This document shows, piece by piece, positions 32,359 to 42,519 of a stretch of DNA of 64,000 nt; the first letter of the stretch is position 1, and each line of letters starts with the position of its first letter. The position numbers and the translations under genes were made by a program. The stretch lies in contig CAWAUM010000010.1 of assembly GCA_963785235.1 (NCBI GenBank), forward strand, positions 96,001 through 160,000, written 5' to 3'. Origin of the DNA: an uncultured delta proteobacterium (GTDB lineage Bacteria > Desulfobacterota > Desulfomonilia > UBA1062). The notes beneath the pieces were generated by a model. The model was not told the origin of the DNA. It did not search any database and was given only the letters and a program-made list of their open reading frames with translations.

Positions 32359-33753
32359 TCACCTTCCTGCTAGCGCCCGGTATCGATAGTACTCCATCAT
32401 CCTCGCATACGCCCGCAGTGCCCTCTCCGGCGTCGGGTATACAGGGATTCCGTGTTCGTGCAGGGGCTTCAGCAGCTCGGCCTGGTCGATCTGGACGAAC
32501 CCGGGATAGGCAATGGCCATGATATGTTTCTCCGTTTGCCCCTTTGCCCGGATGAGCCCTTGTATATAGTCTGCGCTCATGTCGGTTGATGCCCCGCCTC
32601 CGAGCATGACCACGGCATCCACCCCCGGGTCAGCCAGGATAATTTCAAGTGCCTCCTGATAGAGCCTGAGGTCGAACGATGCGCTCAGCCCCACGTCGAT
32701 GGGGTTTGCCCATGATGTCCCGGTGGGCGGGAGCAGAGCTTTGAGCCTGTGGATGCTCTCGTTGCAAAGGTCCGCCATAACAAGGCCGTTCCTCTCCACA
32801 GCATCGGCTGCGGACACCGCAGGACCGCCCGGTCCGGAGACGATGGCCACCCTGCCCTCTCCGCCTGGGCCCATATGATAGAAGGCCATGGCAAGGTCGC
32901 ACATCTCCTCGATGTCGCACACATCCAGGATGTGAAACTGCCTGAAAAGGCTCCTCCACAACTCGCCCTGTCCGGTCAGCGCCCCGGTATGGGATGCGGC
33001 AGCCTTCGAACCGGCTTTTGTGAGCCCCACCTTCCACATGATCACGGGCTTTTCAGGTGTCGTTCGCCTTCAAGGCATCAAGCAGCCTGCCCATCTCGCG
33101 CACGCCCTCGCAGTAGGTGCAGATGACAGCGGTCTGCTCATCTTTGCCCATCCATGCCAGCAGGTCTGCCAGTTCGATGTCCGCACCGTTGCCGCTGCTT
33201 GCAACGTGGCTGAAGAAGAGCCCTTTGGCCGAACAGTAATTCACGAACAGGTTCACCAGTGAACCGCTCTGGCTGATAAACCCCAGCTTCCCCACAGTCC
33301 TGGGCATGCCCGGAAAAGGGGCGATCCGCGAACCGGGAGAGTATATGCCCATGCAGTTGGGCCCCAGGATGCAAAACCCCCCCTCGTGCGCAATGCGCCT
33401 CATGCGCGCCTCGTCGTCGCGACCCGCAGTCGTCTCCCAGCTCGGAAAACCCCGAGGTGTAGAGGATCACGGCCTTGACCTGTTTTCTTGCGCATTGTGC
33501 CAGCACATCAAAGACCGTCTCTTTCGGCGACATGATGATGACCAGGTCCACCGCACCTGGCACCTCATGGAGGTTGGGGTATGCCTTGTAGCCGTCGATC
33601 TCGGTTGCACTCGGGTGGATAAGGTATATGGGCCCGACTGAAGCCCTGGTCGAGAAGCCCCAGGAAGAAGACCTTGCCCGCTTTGAGTCCCCGGGGGATG
33701 CCGTAGAGCGCTATGGATTCCGGAGAAAAAAGGCTTTGAATCGTGTCATGCAT
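32359..33753 (-). CDS. Acyl-CoA synthetase (ADP-forming) alpha-type / CoA-binding protein; apparent frameshifts
   Basis: SLFSPESIA, ILGPNCMG, FISQSG, AAASHTGAL (phospho-His) and NPIDV across fragments. Confidence 0.8.
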
Positions 33754-33906
33754 AACAACCCCCCGTTCACAGGAACTGGAACAATCCTGTCTGCACATAT
33801 ATGCTCTAAAGGAACATGCATGCACATAGTATCACCAGATCAGATGTGCATCAATGCATGGACATGAAATGGTCAGGTTCTCTTCTCCGACAAAAAGGTG
33901 GCAGGT

Positions 33907-35214
33907 TTATTTTTCAGTCTTGGTCACCGGGAGTTTGAGCCTTCCCTTCAGAGAGAGCTGCCTTGCGCCATGCCGGTAGCTGATGTACTGGAAGGCCCAA
34001 CGGATGAGGATAATAAGCCTGTTCTCAAAATTGATGAGCAGGAGAAGGTGGATAAATAACCAGAGAAGCCATGCGAAATATCCTCCAAAATGCCATCTGC
34101 CGATAGCTGCAACGGCAGAGTTGCGCCCTATGACTGCAAGGGTGCCCTTGTCAAAATATCGAAACGGCCTGTGCCCGATCTTCCCAGCAAGACGGCCGAT
34201 GATGATCCCGGCCACATATCGTCCTTGCTGGGTCGCCACCGGGGCAAGGCCCGGCAGCGGCGTGCCGCTTTTACCTGTGCAATGCGCCAGGTCTCCTATG
34301 ACAAAGATCTCCGGATGAGCGGGCACGCTCAGGTCAGGGGCCACCATGACACGACCCGAAGGATCTAGCGTAGCCCCTGTCTTTTCCGCCAGGTTCCGGC
34401 CAAGGGGGGAGGCCTTCACCCCTGTTGCCCACAACAAGGTCCTGGCAGGTAGACGCCGGGTGCTGCCCTTTCTGTTCAAGGTGATCCCTTTTTCATCCAT
34501 ATCCACAACCCTGGCGCCGGTCATGGGTTTTACACCTATACTGATGAGGGATTCTTCAGCCTTTCTGGAGAGATCTGCCGGATAGCCCGGCAGTATCCGA
34601 TCAGCGGAATCGAGGATGATTATCTGCGACTCTTCCGGATGGATGGAGCGGAATTCATCCTTGAGGGTATTCTGTGCAATCTCGGCAATCATCCCTGAAA
34701 GCTCAATGCCGGTGGCTCCACCTCCTATGACAACAAAGGTGAGCCACTCTTTGCGTAGATCAGGGTCTGTTTCACGCTCTGCGACCTCGAAGGCATAGAA
34801 GATCCTGTTACGGATCTCGGCAGTGTCTTCAATAGTCTTCAGCCCAGGGGCAAACTGGGCCCATTCATCATTTCCGAAATAGTGGTTTTCCATGCCGGCG
34901 GCTACAATCAGGGTGTCATACTCCATGGCACCATCTGCCAGGATGACCCGTTTGCCTTCTGGATCAAAGTCCACAACCTCACCCAGGAGGACCTGGGTAT
35001 TCTTCTGCTTCCTGAGAATATGCCGTAATGGAGCCGTGATCTCCGACGGACAGAGCAGCCCTGTTGCAACCTGGTAGAGAAGGGGTTGGAAAAGATGGTA
35101 ATTCTGCTTGTCGATGATGGTTATTCTCCCAGGCAAATTACCCAGGGTACGCACTGCCGACAGGCCGCCGAACCCGCCGCCGATGATAACAACATGTTGT
35201 CCTGTGCATTCCAT
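33907..35214 (-). CDS. ndh: Type II NADH dehydrogenase (FAD-dependent)
   Basis: VVIIGGGFGG, HLFQPLLYQVATG, VIGGGATGIE, FVIGDLA, PGLAPVATQQG. Confidence 0.9.
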   Translation of the reverse strand: MECTGQHVVIIGGGFGGLSAVRTLGNLPGRITIIDKQNYHLFQPLLYQVATGLLCPSEITAPLRHILRKQKNTQVLLGEVVDFDPEGKRVILADGAMEYDTLIVAAGMENHYFGNDEWAQFAPGLKTIEDTAEIRNRIFYAFEVAERETDPDLRKEWLTFVVIGGGATGIELSGMIAEIAQNTLKDEFRSIHPEESQIIILDSADRILPGYPADLSRKAEESLISIGVKPMTGARVVDMDEKGITLNRKGSTRRLPARTLLWATGVKASPLGRNLAEKTGATLDPSGRVMVAPDLSVPAHPEIFVIGDLAHCTGKSGTPLPGLAPVATQQGRYVAGIIIGRLAGKIGHRPFRYFDKGTLAVIGRNSAVAAIGRWHFGGYFAWLLWLFIHLLLLINFENRLIILIRWAFQYISYRHGARQLSLKGRLKLPVTKTEK

Positions 35215-35253
35215 TGTCTTCTTCCTCCCCCTTTAGGCGAATGAAAATTGTGA

Positions 35254-35319
35254 AAATTGGGGACGGGTTCATATTTCAAGAGTTTGGGGATAAGTTTGTG
35301 GTGTGCCCGTCCCCAATTT
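35254..35319. repeat. Inverted pair of GGGGACGGG motifs (14-bp perfect arms)
   Basis: aaattggggacggg (35254-35267) and cccgtccccaattt (35306-35319); 35258-35277 matches 26365-26384 at 19 of 20 positions. Confidence 0.8.
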
Positions 35320-35353
35320 CCTCCAAGGGGTTTACCCCTGGAACCTCTCTTCA

Positions 35354-35524
35354 TTATTCAAGCAATGTTTCAACCTTGAATTTCAGGGCTTTTTCATTTT
35401 TCTCATTAAATTCCTTGCCCTTTTTTTTGCTCATTTCCCGGATCTGATCGATCATTTCCTTGTATGAATCAAAAACTACCGGGCCTTTGCTGTACTTATC
35501 ATCTTCCAGAATATAGCGCGCCAT
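35354..35524 (-). CDS. Small hypothetical protein (56 aa)
   Basis: ATG with aaggggg RBS; charged and helical. Confidence 0.5.
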   Translation of the reverse strand: MARYILEDDKYSKGPVVFDSYKEMIDQIREMSKKKGKEFNEKNEKALKFKVETLLE

Positions 35525-35911
35525 GTTTACACCCCCTTTCACTGTTTTACCTGTTCTCCCCCTTATCGCAGACTACTTTTTGTGTTCCTGCACTGTGTTC
35601 TTCCCAAACCGTTAACGAGCCTCATAGGAATGTATCTGAGTCTCAACTATATCGAAGTAATTATCTCTAAAGGTTGCAGGTCTTCTCTTTTTTCTCTCAA
35701 GGGAAGACCATCATGATGGTTGAGGGTTGCACACCAGTGCGTTCATAATACTATAAGCTGTTTCACTTCTAAATCAATATCATCACATATTCTTGTCCCA
35801 ACTCTTTAACAGAAAAAGGACAGTTTTTTTCGGCTTTTTCATATACTATGCCTCTATCTGCTTCTATCTTTTCCGGGCCTTCGGCATGGAATTAGACCTT
35901 TGCCCTGCCAT

Positions 35912-36145
35912 CTATTCGGTTTCAATAATAACGCCACATTCCTCACATTGATAGCGGGTCTTTTCATGATCTGCAGCCAGGACTTCCTCAAAGTCATCAC
36001 GCTTAATGCCGTGTACTTCAAAACATTCCGGGCAATACCTTCCCTGCAGCTCATCGGCGGTAATGGTCAGATGGCAATGCCGACAGCGCAACCTGTTTTT
36101 CTGTGGGGGTAGAAGGACCAGATGGAGATGTCTGCACGTTGTCAT
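35912..36145 (-). CDS. Small Cys-rich (zinc-ribbon-like) hypothetical protein
   Basis: CRHC, CPEC and CEEC motifs. Confidence 0.6.
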   Translation of the reverse strand: MTTCRHLHLVLLPPQKNRLRCRHCHLTITADELQGRYCPECFEVHGIKRDDFEEVLAADHEKTRYQCEECGVIIETE

Positions 36146-36378
36146 ACGACAAGCCTTTAAAGAATTAACCGCGGTGAAGCAAGTGTTCATTTATGAGGTA
36201 AGAGGGTGAAACAGAGTTCATATCCTGGTAATTGGGGGAACGGAGTCCTGGGGGACAGTAGCAAAGAATCAGGACAATGTTGAGTCCCCTCTTGAACCGA
36301 GCCTTCTGGCCGTTATTATTTCATCATGCTCGATTTGCCAATTTTATTGGCGCATAAACAGACTTTGAAGGAGGACCG

Positions 36379-36828
36379 ATGTTCTATTTTCAACTGCTGG
36401 ATCTAATAAAAGACAATGCGAATGAGTTGACGAGGCGCTTGTGCAAAGACATACTCAGCATGGAGGAGACCAAAGGATACCGCAAGTTCTCCTATGAGGT
36501 CATGTATGAACGTGTCTTCGATGTGTACAACAAGCTCAGTTCCTGGTTAGGCACGGATGATCACACCACCGGCGAGATCAGGAAGGTATATACCGAGCTT
36601 GGAAGAAAGCGGTACCGTGAGGGCCTTCCTCTTAATGAAGTGGTCCTGGCATTCATGCTTATTAAAAGGCATCTCTGGGTCTTCATGCAGGAGAAGCAGT
36701 TCTTTGAAACCACTTATGAGTTCAGCCAGGCCCTTGAACTCAATAACAAGGTCGTCCTTTTCTTTGACAGGGTGATTTACTTTGTAACCATGGGCTATGA
36801 AGAGGAGCTTCTCAAGAATAAGGGGTAG
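36379..36828 (+). CDS. Hypothetical all-alpha protein (RsbRD N-terminal/globin-like)
   Basis: YTELGRKRYREGLPLNEV...FFDRVIYFVTMGYE pattern; strong RBS aggagg. Confidence 0.6.
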   Translation: MFYFQLLDLIKDNANELTRRLCKDILSMEETKGYRKFSYEVMYERVFDVYNKLSSWLGTDDHTTGEIRKVYTELGRKRYREGLPLNEVVLAFMLIKRHLWVFMQEKQFFETTYEFSQALELNNKVVLFFDRVIYFVTMGYEEELLKNKG

Positions 36829-36906
36829 CAACAGGCGAAGGGAAACCGGGATCGGAGCCGATTATAATAAATCGACCCCGACCCTTTTTTTATACATTGA
36901 CACAAG

Positions 36907-38349
36907 ACCCGAAACCCATATCTTTGATACCATGGATAACTGCTCAACTGTGGACCCACATGCTCTCTGAGCTCCTCACTTATTTCACGACGCCCTGTCC
37001 GCGGTATGTCCGCCGTATGGGTTATCTCTATGAGGCCATCGCCATGCGCGAAAGGCATCGGCGCCGCCGTGCCGACTGGCAGCAGCACATTGCCAGCACC
37101 AGGCGATGCGTCCTTTCCGTGGCTCGCAGTTGCCGGAACAGGGAAAGGGCCGTTGTCCTCGGGGCGGGCCTTTTACTGGATGTACCGCTCAATGAGCTTG
37201 CATCGATGTTCCGCGAGGTCGTCCTTGCAGACATCGTGTTCTTACCGGAAATACGCAGGCTTATAAACAGCTATGGCAATGTCAAACTCCAGCAATGCGA
37301 TGTGACGGGTATTGCGGAACTGCTTTTTCAAAACGTACAATGCGGCCGACAGGCCCTCCCTTCAGATACCGCGCCCGTACTTCCTGCGGTCGAAGCCGGC
37401 ACGGGGTTGGTCGTTTCGCTGAACCTCCTCTCCCAGCTCTGTGTGATACCAGGCAGATTTGCTCTCAAACATATGCCCTTGCTCCATGAAAAATACCTCT
37501 CCGACTGGTGCGGACGGATTATGGCATTGCATTATGCAGCCATGGCATCGCTGCCGGGTGATGTATGCCTCATTGCTGATCATGCATTTGCCAAATATGA
37601 CAGGCAAGGGCACATCGCAGAAAGAGGTACCCGAAACCCATATCTTTGATACCATGGATAACTGCTCAACTGTGGACCCACATGCTCTCTGAGCTCCTCA
37701 CTTATTTCACGACGCCCTGTCCGCGGTATGTCCGCCGTATGGGTTATCTCTATGAGGCCATCGCCATGCGCGAAAGGCATCGGCGCCGCCGTGCGGACTG
37801 GCAGCAGCACATTGCCAGCACCAGGCGATGCGTCCTTTCCGTGGCTCGCAGTTGCCGGAACAGGGAAAGGGCCGTTGTCCTCGGGGCGGGCCTTTTACTG
37901 GATGTACCGCTCAATGAGCTTGCATCGATGTTCCGCGAGGTCGTCCTTGCAGACATCGTGTTCTTACCGGAAATACGCAGGCTTATAAACAGCTATGGCA
38001 ATGTCAAACTCCAGCAATGCGATGTGACGGGTATTGCGGAACTGCTTTTTCAAAACGTACAATGCGGCCGACAGGCCCTCCCTTCAGATACCGCGCCCGT
38101 ACTTCCTGCGGTCGAAGCCGGCACGGGGTTGGTCGTTTCGCTGAACCTCCTCTCCCAGCTCTGTGTGATACCAGGCAGATTTGCTCTCAAACATATGCCC
38201 TTGCTCCATGAAAAATACCTCTCCGACTGGTGCGGACGGATTACGGCATTGCATTATGCAGCCATGGCATCGCTGCCGGGTGATGTATGCCTCATTGCTG
38301 ATCATGCATTTGCCAAATATGACAGGCAAGGGCACATCGCAGAAAGAGG
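36907..38349. repeat. Tandem direct duplication with a 722-bp period
   Basis: 36907-37627 matches 37629-38349, apart from two substitutions seen (37073/37795 and 37522/38244). Confidence 0.95.
36960..37649 (+). pseudogene. 3'-truncated copy of the downstream hypothetical gene
   Basis: Near-identical to 37682..38482 up to HIAERG, then stops within the start of the second repeat. Confidence 0.75.
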
Positions 38350-38482
38350 ATCGACACTATACGGCCTGGACCTGCCGGAACCGGACGACTCCTGGACATG
38401 GATGGTTGCCCCTTTCGGAGAGGAATCGCAATACCTCTCCAAGGAACTTCATGTGGGTGCATGGTATATGCAAAGGGGATGA
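37682..38482 (+). CDS. Hypothetical protein with methyltransferase-like Rossmann motif
   Basis: AVVLGAGLLLDVP...VVLADI motif. Confidence 0.65.
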   Translation: MLSELLTYFTTPCPRYVRRMGYLYEAIAMRERHRRRRADWQQHIASTRRCVLSVARSCRNRERAVVLGAGLLLDVPLNELASMFREVVLADIVFLPEIRRLINSYGNVKLQQCDVTGIAELLFQNVQCGRQALPSDTAPVLPAVEAGTGLVVSLNLLSQLCVIPGRFALKHMPLLHEKYLSDWCGRITALHYAAMASLPGDVCLIADHAFAKYDRQGHIAERGSTLYGLDLPEPDDSWTWMVAPFGEESQYLSKELHVGAWYMQRG

Positions 38483-38579
38483 GGGGGTGCTTGCACAGTT
38501 CAAGACAAAGGGCTACAATCTTGTGCAGGCTTAAACGCAATGTCTTTTCATGGAGAAGATCCTACTTAAGGGGGGCGTC

Positions 38580-39806
38580 ATGAAGATAAAAACCATAGAA
38601 ATGTTTCATGTTTCCATCCCGCTGAAAGAAACCTTCTGGCCCACATGGATACCGGGCTATCCGCAGACGCACAACCGCTTTACCCTGATCAAGTTAACCA
38701 CGGACGACGGCATCACCGGTTATTCTGCCGGTACGGCCATGGGCCATGAGCGCGAAGGCCTGGGCGACCTCATCGGCAGCTACCTCATGGGCGCAGACCC
38801 CACGGATATTGACCGTGTCCAGGGGCTGCTCAAACAGGCAGGCTTCCTTGGCTGGAGAAACTTCTGGATCGAGCCCGCATGCTGGGACATCATGGGAAAG
38901 AGTCAGGGTAAGCCCGTCTATGAGCTGTTGGGCGGGAGGGCGCGAGCCATAGATGTCTACCTTTCCACCGGAGAGATGCACGACCCTCACAGAAGGGTTG
39001 ATGAACTCCTGGCCATGAAGGACCGTGGATTCAAGACCGCCAAGCTCAGGGTGAAGAATGTGAGCCTCCATGAGGACATCAGGCACATCGAGCTCGTGAG
39101 CAAAGGCCTCTCGGGCGCCATGAAGCTCGGGGTGGATGCGAACCAGGGCTGGCTCGTCACCATCGTGGACAAAATCCCTGCATGGGACCTTGCACGCGCC
39201 AAAAATTTCGCCGATGCATGCGCAGACTGCGGCATCGAATGGCTCGAAGAGCCCCTTGATTCCCGCGACTACGACGGCAATGCCGCGCTCAAAAAGATGT
39301 CGAAGGTGAAGATCTCGGGTGCCGAGATCAACTACGGGTGGGACGAGATCAAGATCATGTTGGAGAAGGACTGCTTTCACGTGTACCAGCCTGACGCCAC
39401 CTTTGCCGGAGGAATTGCGCAGGTGAAGAAGGTCCTCGACGCGTGCAAGCTGAAAGATCGTCTCTTCAGCCCCCATACCTGGACCAACGGCATCGGTTTT
39501 TACATAAACTGGAACATGGTGCTTGCGGACAGAGAGAATGCGCTACCCCTGGAATACCCGCTCGAAGAGCCTTCATGGATCCCGGAGTTCCGGGAGGGGA
39601 TCATCGAGCCCATCATCCCGGACAAGGAGGGCCGGCTGCAGCCCTTTACCAGGCCGGGACTCGGCTTTGAGATCAATGAGAGGCTCCTGAAGAAATACGG
39701 CCGGCGCTTTTTCAAGCTTACCGAAACCGGCCTCAAGTTCAAGGTGATCCGGGAAAAGGGCCTGAAGGCAGCGCTGAACCTCAAAAAGCGCAAGGAAGAG
39801 GGCTAA
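38580..39806 (+). CDS. Mandelate racemase/muconate lactonizing enzyme family protein
   Basis: ACWDIMGK, KxK (KTAKLR), VDANQ, WLEEP, GAE, QPD metal ligands. Confidence 0.9.
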   Translation: MKIKTIEMFHVSIPLKETFWPTWIPGYPQTHNRFTLIKLTTDDGITGYSAGTAMGHEREGLGDLIGSYLMGADPTDIDRVQGLLKQAGFLGWRNFWIEPACWDIMGKSQGKPVYELLGGRARAIDVYLSTGEMHDPHRRVDELLAMKDRGFKTAKLRVKNVSLHEDIRHIELVSKGLSGAMKLGVDANQGWLVTIVDKIPAWDLARAKNFADACADCGIEWLEEPLDSRDYDGNAALKKMSKVKISGAEINYGWDEIKIMLEKDCFHVYQPDATFAGGIAQVKKVLDACKLKDRLFSPHTWTNGIGFYINWNMVLADRENALPLEYPLEEPSWIPEFREGIIEPIIPDKEGRLQPFTRPGLGFEINERLLKKYGRRFFKLTETGLKFKVIREKGLKAALNLKKRKEEG

Positions 39807-40145
39807 AAATGGGATCAAGATGTTAGGGCAGATTGCGACCTGATCCAACTTTTGCCCATCGATACATAAAGAATGCAACAAAATCTGAACCGAAATCTCC
39901 CTTGAGAAATGCCCCTGCGCATTGACTTTCCTCAATATCCGATTATTTTATGCTGTGTATTTAATGTTTCTCTTGGATTCCCGTGTAATTCAATTTCACA
40001 CGTTATCGTTTGATATTTTTTGGGCTGGCGAGAAGGGCCTCCCTTCGCTTTTCACCAAGGTCACACCTGTGTGACGGCCTCAGAGAAAGGTGGTCCGGTC
40101 CCGGCATGCAATCCACAGTGGTACGCCGGGGAAAGGGGATTTACC

Positions 40146-41324
40146 ATGGGCGAACAGATAATGATGATCCACGGGATGTGGGGAGGACCATGGGTATGGA
40201 ACAACTACAAACAATTCTTCGAGTCAAAAGGGTATCGCTGCCTCACGCCCGCACTGCGGTTCCATGATAAGGAATCAACGGATTTCTCGTATGACCAATT
40301 GGGTGAAACGAGCCTGCTGGATTATGCCAAAGACCTTGAGCATGAGATATGTCAGCTCCATGAGAAACCAATACTCATGGGGCACTCCATGGGCGGCCTT
40401 CTCGCCCAGATACTCGGGAGCCGCGGCCTGGCAAAGGCCCTTGTGCTCCTGACGCCTGCATCACCGAGAGGGATCATGGCCCTGAAGCTATCCGTGATCA
40501 GGAGCTTCTGGAGCACCCTCACAAAACCGGGCTTCTGGAAAAAGCCCATGCTGCAGACCTTTGATGAGGCGGTCTACTCCATGCTGCAGATGATGCCTGG
40601 TGAAGATCGTAAAGCACTGTACGATAAATTCGTTCCGGAATCAGGCCGGGCAGGCTTTGAGATCGGGTTCTGGCTGCTGGATGGAAATCGCGCCACTGAG
40701 GTCAATGAGTCCAGAGTCACCTGCCCCTGTCTGATAATCTCAGGGAAACTCGACAAGATTACCCCACCTTCGGTTGTCCGGAGCATGGCACACAAATACC
40801 GGACAGTATCCACGCTCAAGGAATTTACACACCATGCCCACTGGGTTCATGACGAACCAGGCTGGATCGAGATCGCCGAGTACTGCGCTGAATGGCTGGA
40901 TCAGGTCCTCGTTACCATGTCCGAAAGACCCCTGCCAATCGCAATACCTCACGCAAGACCGGCGGACAGGGTAAAAAAGGCCGTATCGGGCTACACTCAG
41001 AAATGGAAACACACGAAGGGAGTGGAACACCGCACAGGCAGGAGGACAGAGATGAACCTGGTGGTCGATGCGAGCATCCCCTGCAGCGGTAATGCCCAGT
41101 ACTATGAGCTCGGATATACCATGAATATCTGCCAAGGCGGGATATACCTGGATACTGTCGCACCCCTGGAAGAAGGCATGTATGTGAATGCGAACCTGCA
41201 TACCGGGAAGGCAGAGAAACCCCTGTGGGTACAGGGCCGTGTGGTGAGAGCTGCAGGCAATGGCATGGCTATGGCATTTTCCCATGTGGAGCCCGAGAGA
41301 TTGAACCGGCTACTGCTCATATAG
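40146..41324 (+). CDS. Alpha/beta hydrolase fused to a C-terminal PilZ domain
   Basis: IHGMW, GHSMGG nucleophile elbow, DKIT, HAH; C-terminal RTGRR and NICQGG. Confidence 0.8.
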   Translation: MGEQIMMIHGMWGGPWVWNNYKQFFESKGYRCLTPALRFHDKESTDFSYDQLGETSLLDYAKDLEHEICQLHEKPILMGHSMGGLLAQILGSRGLAKALVLLTPASPRGIMALKLSVIRSFWSTLTKPGFWKKPMLQTFDEAVYSMLQMMPGEDRKALYDKFVPESGRAGFEIGFWLLDGNRATEVNESRVTCPCLIISGKLDKITPPSVVRSMAHKYRTVSTLKEFTHHAHWVHDEPGWIEIAEYCAEWLDQVLVTMSERPLPIAIPHARPADRVKKAVSGYTQKWKHTKGVEHRTGRRTEMNLVVDASIPCSGNAQYYELGYTMNICQGGIYLDTVAPLEEGMYVNANLHTGKAEKPLWVQGRVVRAAGNGMAMAFSHVEPERLNRLLLI

Positions 41325-41435
41325 CTCAAGGGTGAAAGGGGACATCTTCTTCGTGTAGAAATCCAATCTGCACCCTTTTCGGACTGAACAACCTCTTCGG
41401 TGGTCTCATGCAGGCATTCTTTTTTGTAGTTCCTG

Positions 41436-41771
41436 TTATTTCACCATCACGAGCAGCATCTTGAACCTGGATACGGCCTTCAGTGCATGCGGCTTATGGG
41501 CCGGCATGATTATCATCTCTCCTGCCTGGACTGTATGCGGTGTGCCTTCAATAGCGACCTCGGCCGTGCCTTCCAGGACATGAACCAGGGCGTCGAAGGG
41601 TGCAGTATGCTCACTGAGGCCTTCACCCTCGTCAAAGGCAAAGACCGTCACCGTGCCCGCAGCTTTCTTGATGATCTCCCTGCTCACAATGGATTGGACC
41701 TGGTATGCGGCAAGGTCTTTCAGGTTCATGGCCTTTGCCAGGAGCTCTTTCTTCACACCCTGTTCTTCCAT
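41436..41771 (-). CDS. Cupin domain protein
   Basis: FAFDEGEGLSEHTAPFDA...MPAHKPHAL. Confidence 0.9.
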   Translation of the reverse strand: MEEQGVKKELLAKAMNLKDLAAYQVQSIVSREIIKKAAGTVTVFAFDEGEGLSEHTAPFDALVHVLEGTAEVAIEGTPHTVQAGEMIIMPAHKPHALKAVSRFKMLLVMVK

Positions 41772-41792
41772 GTCGTTTCATCCTTTCTTGGT

Positions 41793-42329
41793 TCAATCTA
41801 GAGAAGCTGCCAGTAATGCTTCCAGATCCGCATGATCACCTGCAAACATGTTGCGGTGCTGGAAAATGAGTTCATTGCCGGGGCCCAGGACAAAGACTCC
41901 TCCCTGCTGCCAGAGATCGCCGTCCGTGCGTCCCTGTCGGAAACCATTTTTCATGGCCCGGATGCCTTGGATCAAGGATGCAGGGCCCAGTGTTTTCAAG
42001 AGACCGCGTTGAAGCCTGAAGGCCCTGTACGCACTGAGGTCCTGGTTCACATACATCTCGCCGGTAAAATGGAGCTTTTTGACGAAATGCACCGCACCAC
42101 CGGGACTGCCGCTCCCGATGGCTACCAATGCTATTCCGGCCCCCTCCAGTTTTCCCTTGATACCCATGAGGGCAGCAGCCTGCTGCCGTGCAAACATTCA
42201 GCCGAAATGGCGGAGGAAGGCAAGCACGATGCGCCTCTCCTCCCACAGTGACTCGAGGGCTACTTCCCTTTCCTTAAGAGACTGCACCGTTACACCTGCG
42301 ACAAGTGGCTTCAGTTCCTCATACGTCAT
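41793..42329 (-). CDS. Peroxiredoxin-like (AhpC/TSA_2, PRXL2/SelU-like) protein, probable selenoprotein (UGA at 42198-42200)
   Basis: RBS aggagg plus ATG at 42329; reads IVLAFLRHFG-UGA-MFARQQ in frame into ...QQGGVFVL; SECIS-like hairpin follows. Confidence 0.8.
42171..42187 (-). promoter_or_regulatory. Putative bacterial SECIS element
   Basis: mRNA GGCAGCAGGCUGCUGCC hairpin starting 10 nt after the in-frame UGA, with G-containing apical loop. Confidence 0.65.
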
Positions 42330-42519
42330 TTACCCCTCCTGTATCCCGTATATCTTATAAAGTGGATGTCTCCTTTTGCAAGCCACACCTGGCAATGCTC
42401 TTTAAATAAATGACACCGAAGTTGCTTTTTGCATATATCGCATTATTAATAAAGAATCCCAAAATATAATTCCTTGAAACTGCTCCTGAGACCAAGACCC
42501 AACCTGAGGAGGACAAAAG

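Noticed and set aside
42411-42426. Possible sigma-54 promoter (tgacaccgaagttgct) upstream of the SLT gene; similar weak match near 51588
   Set aside because: The first lacks the invariant GG at -24 and the second lacks the GC at -12.
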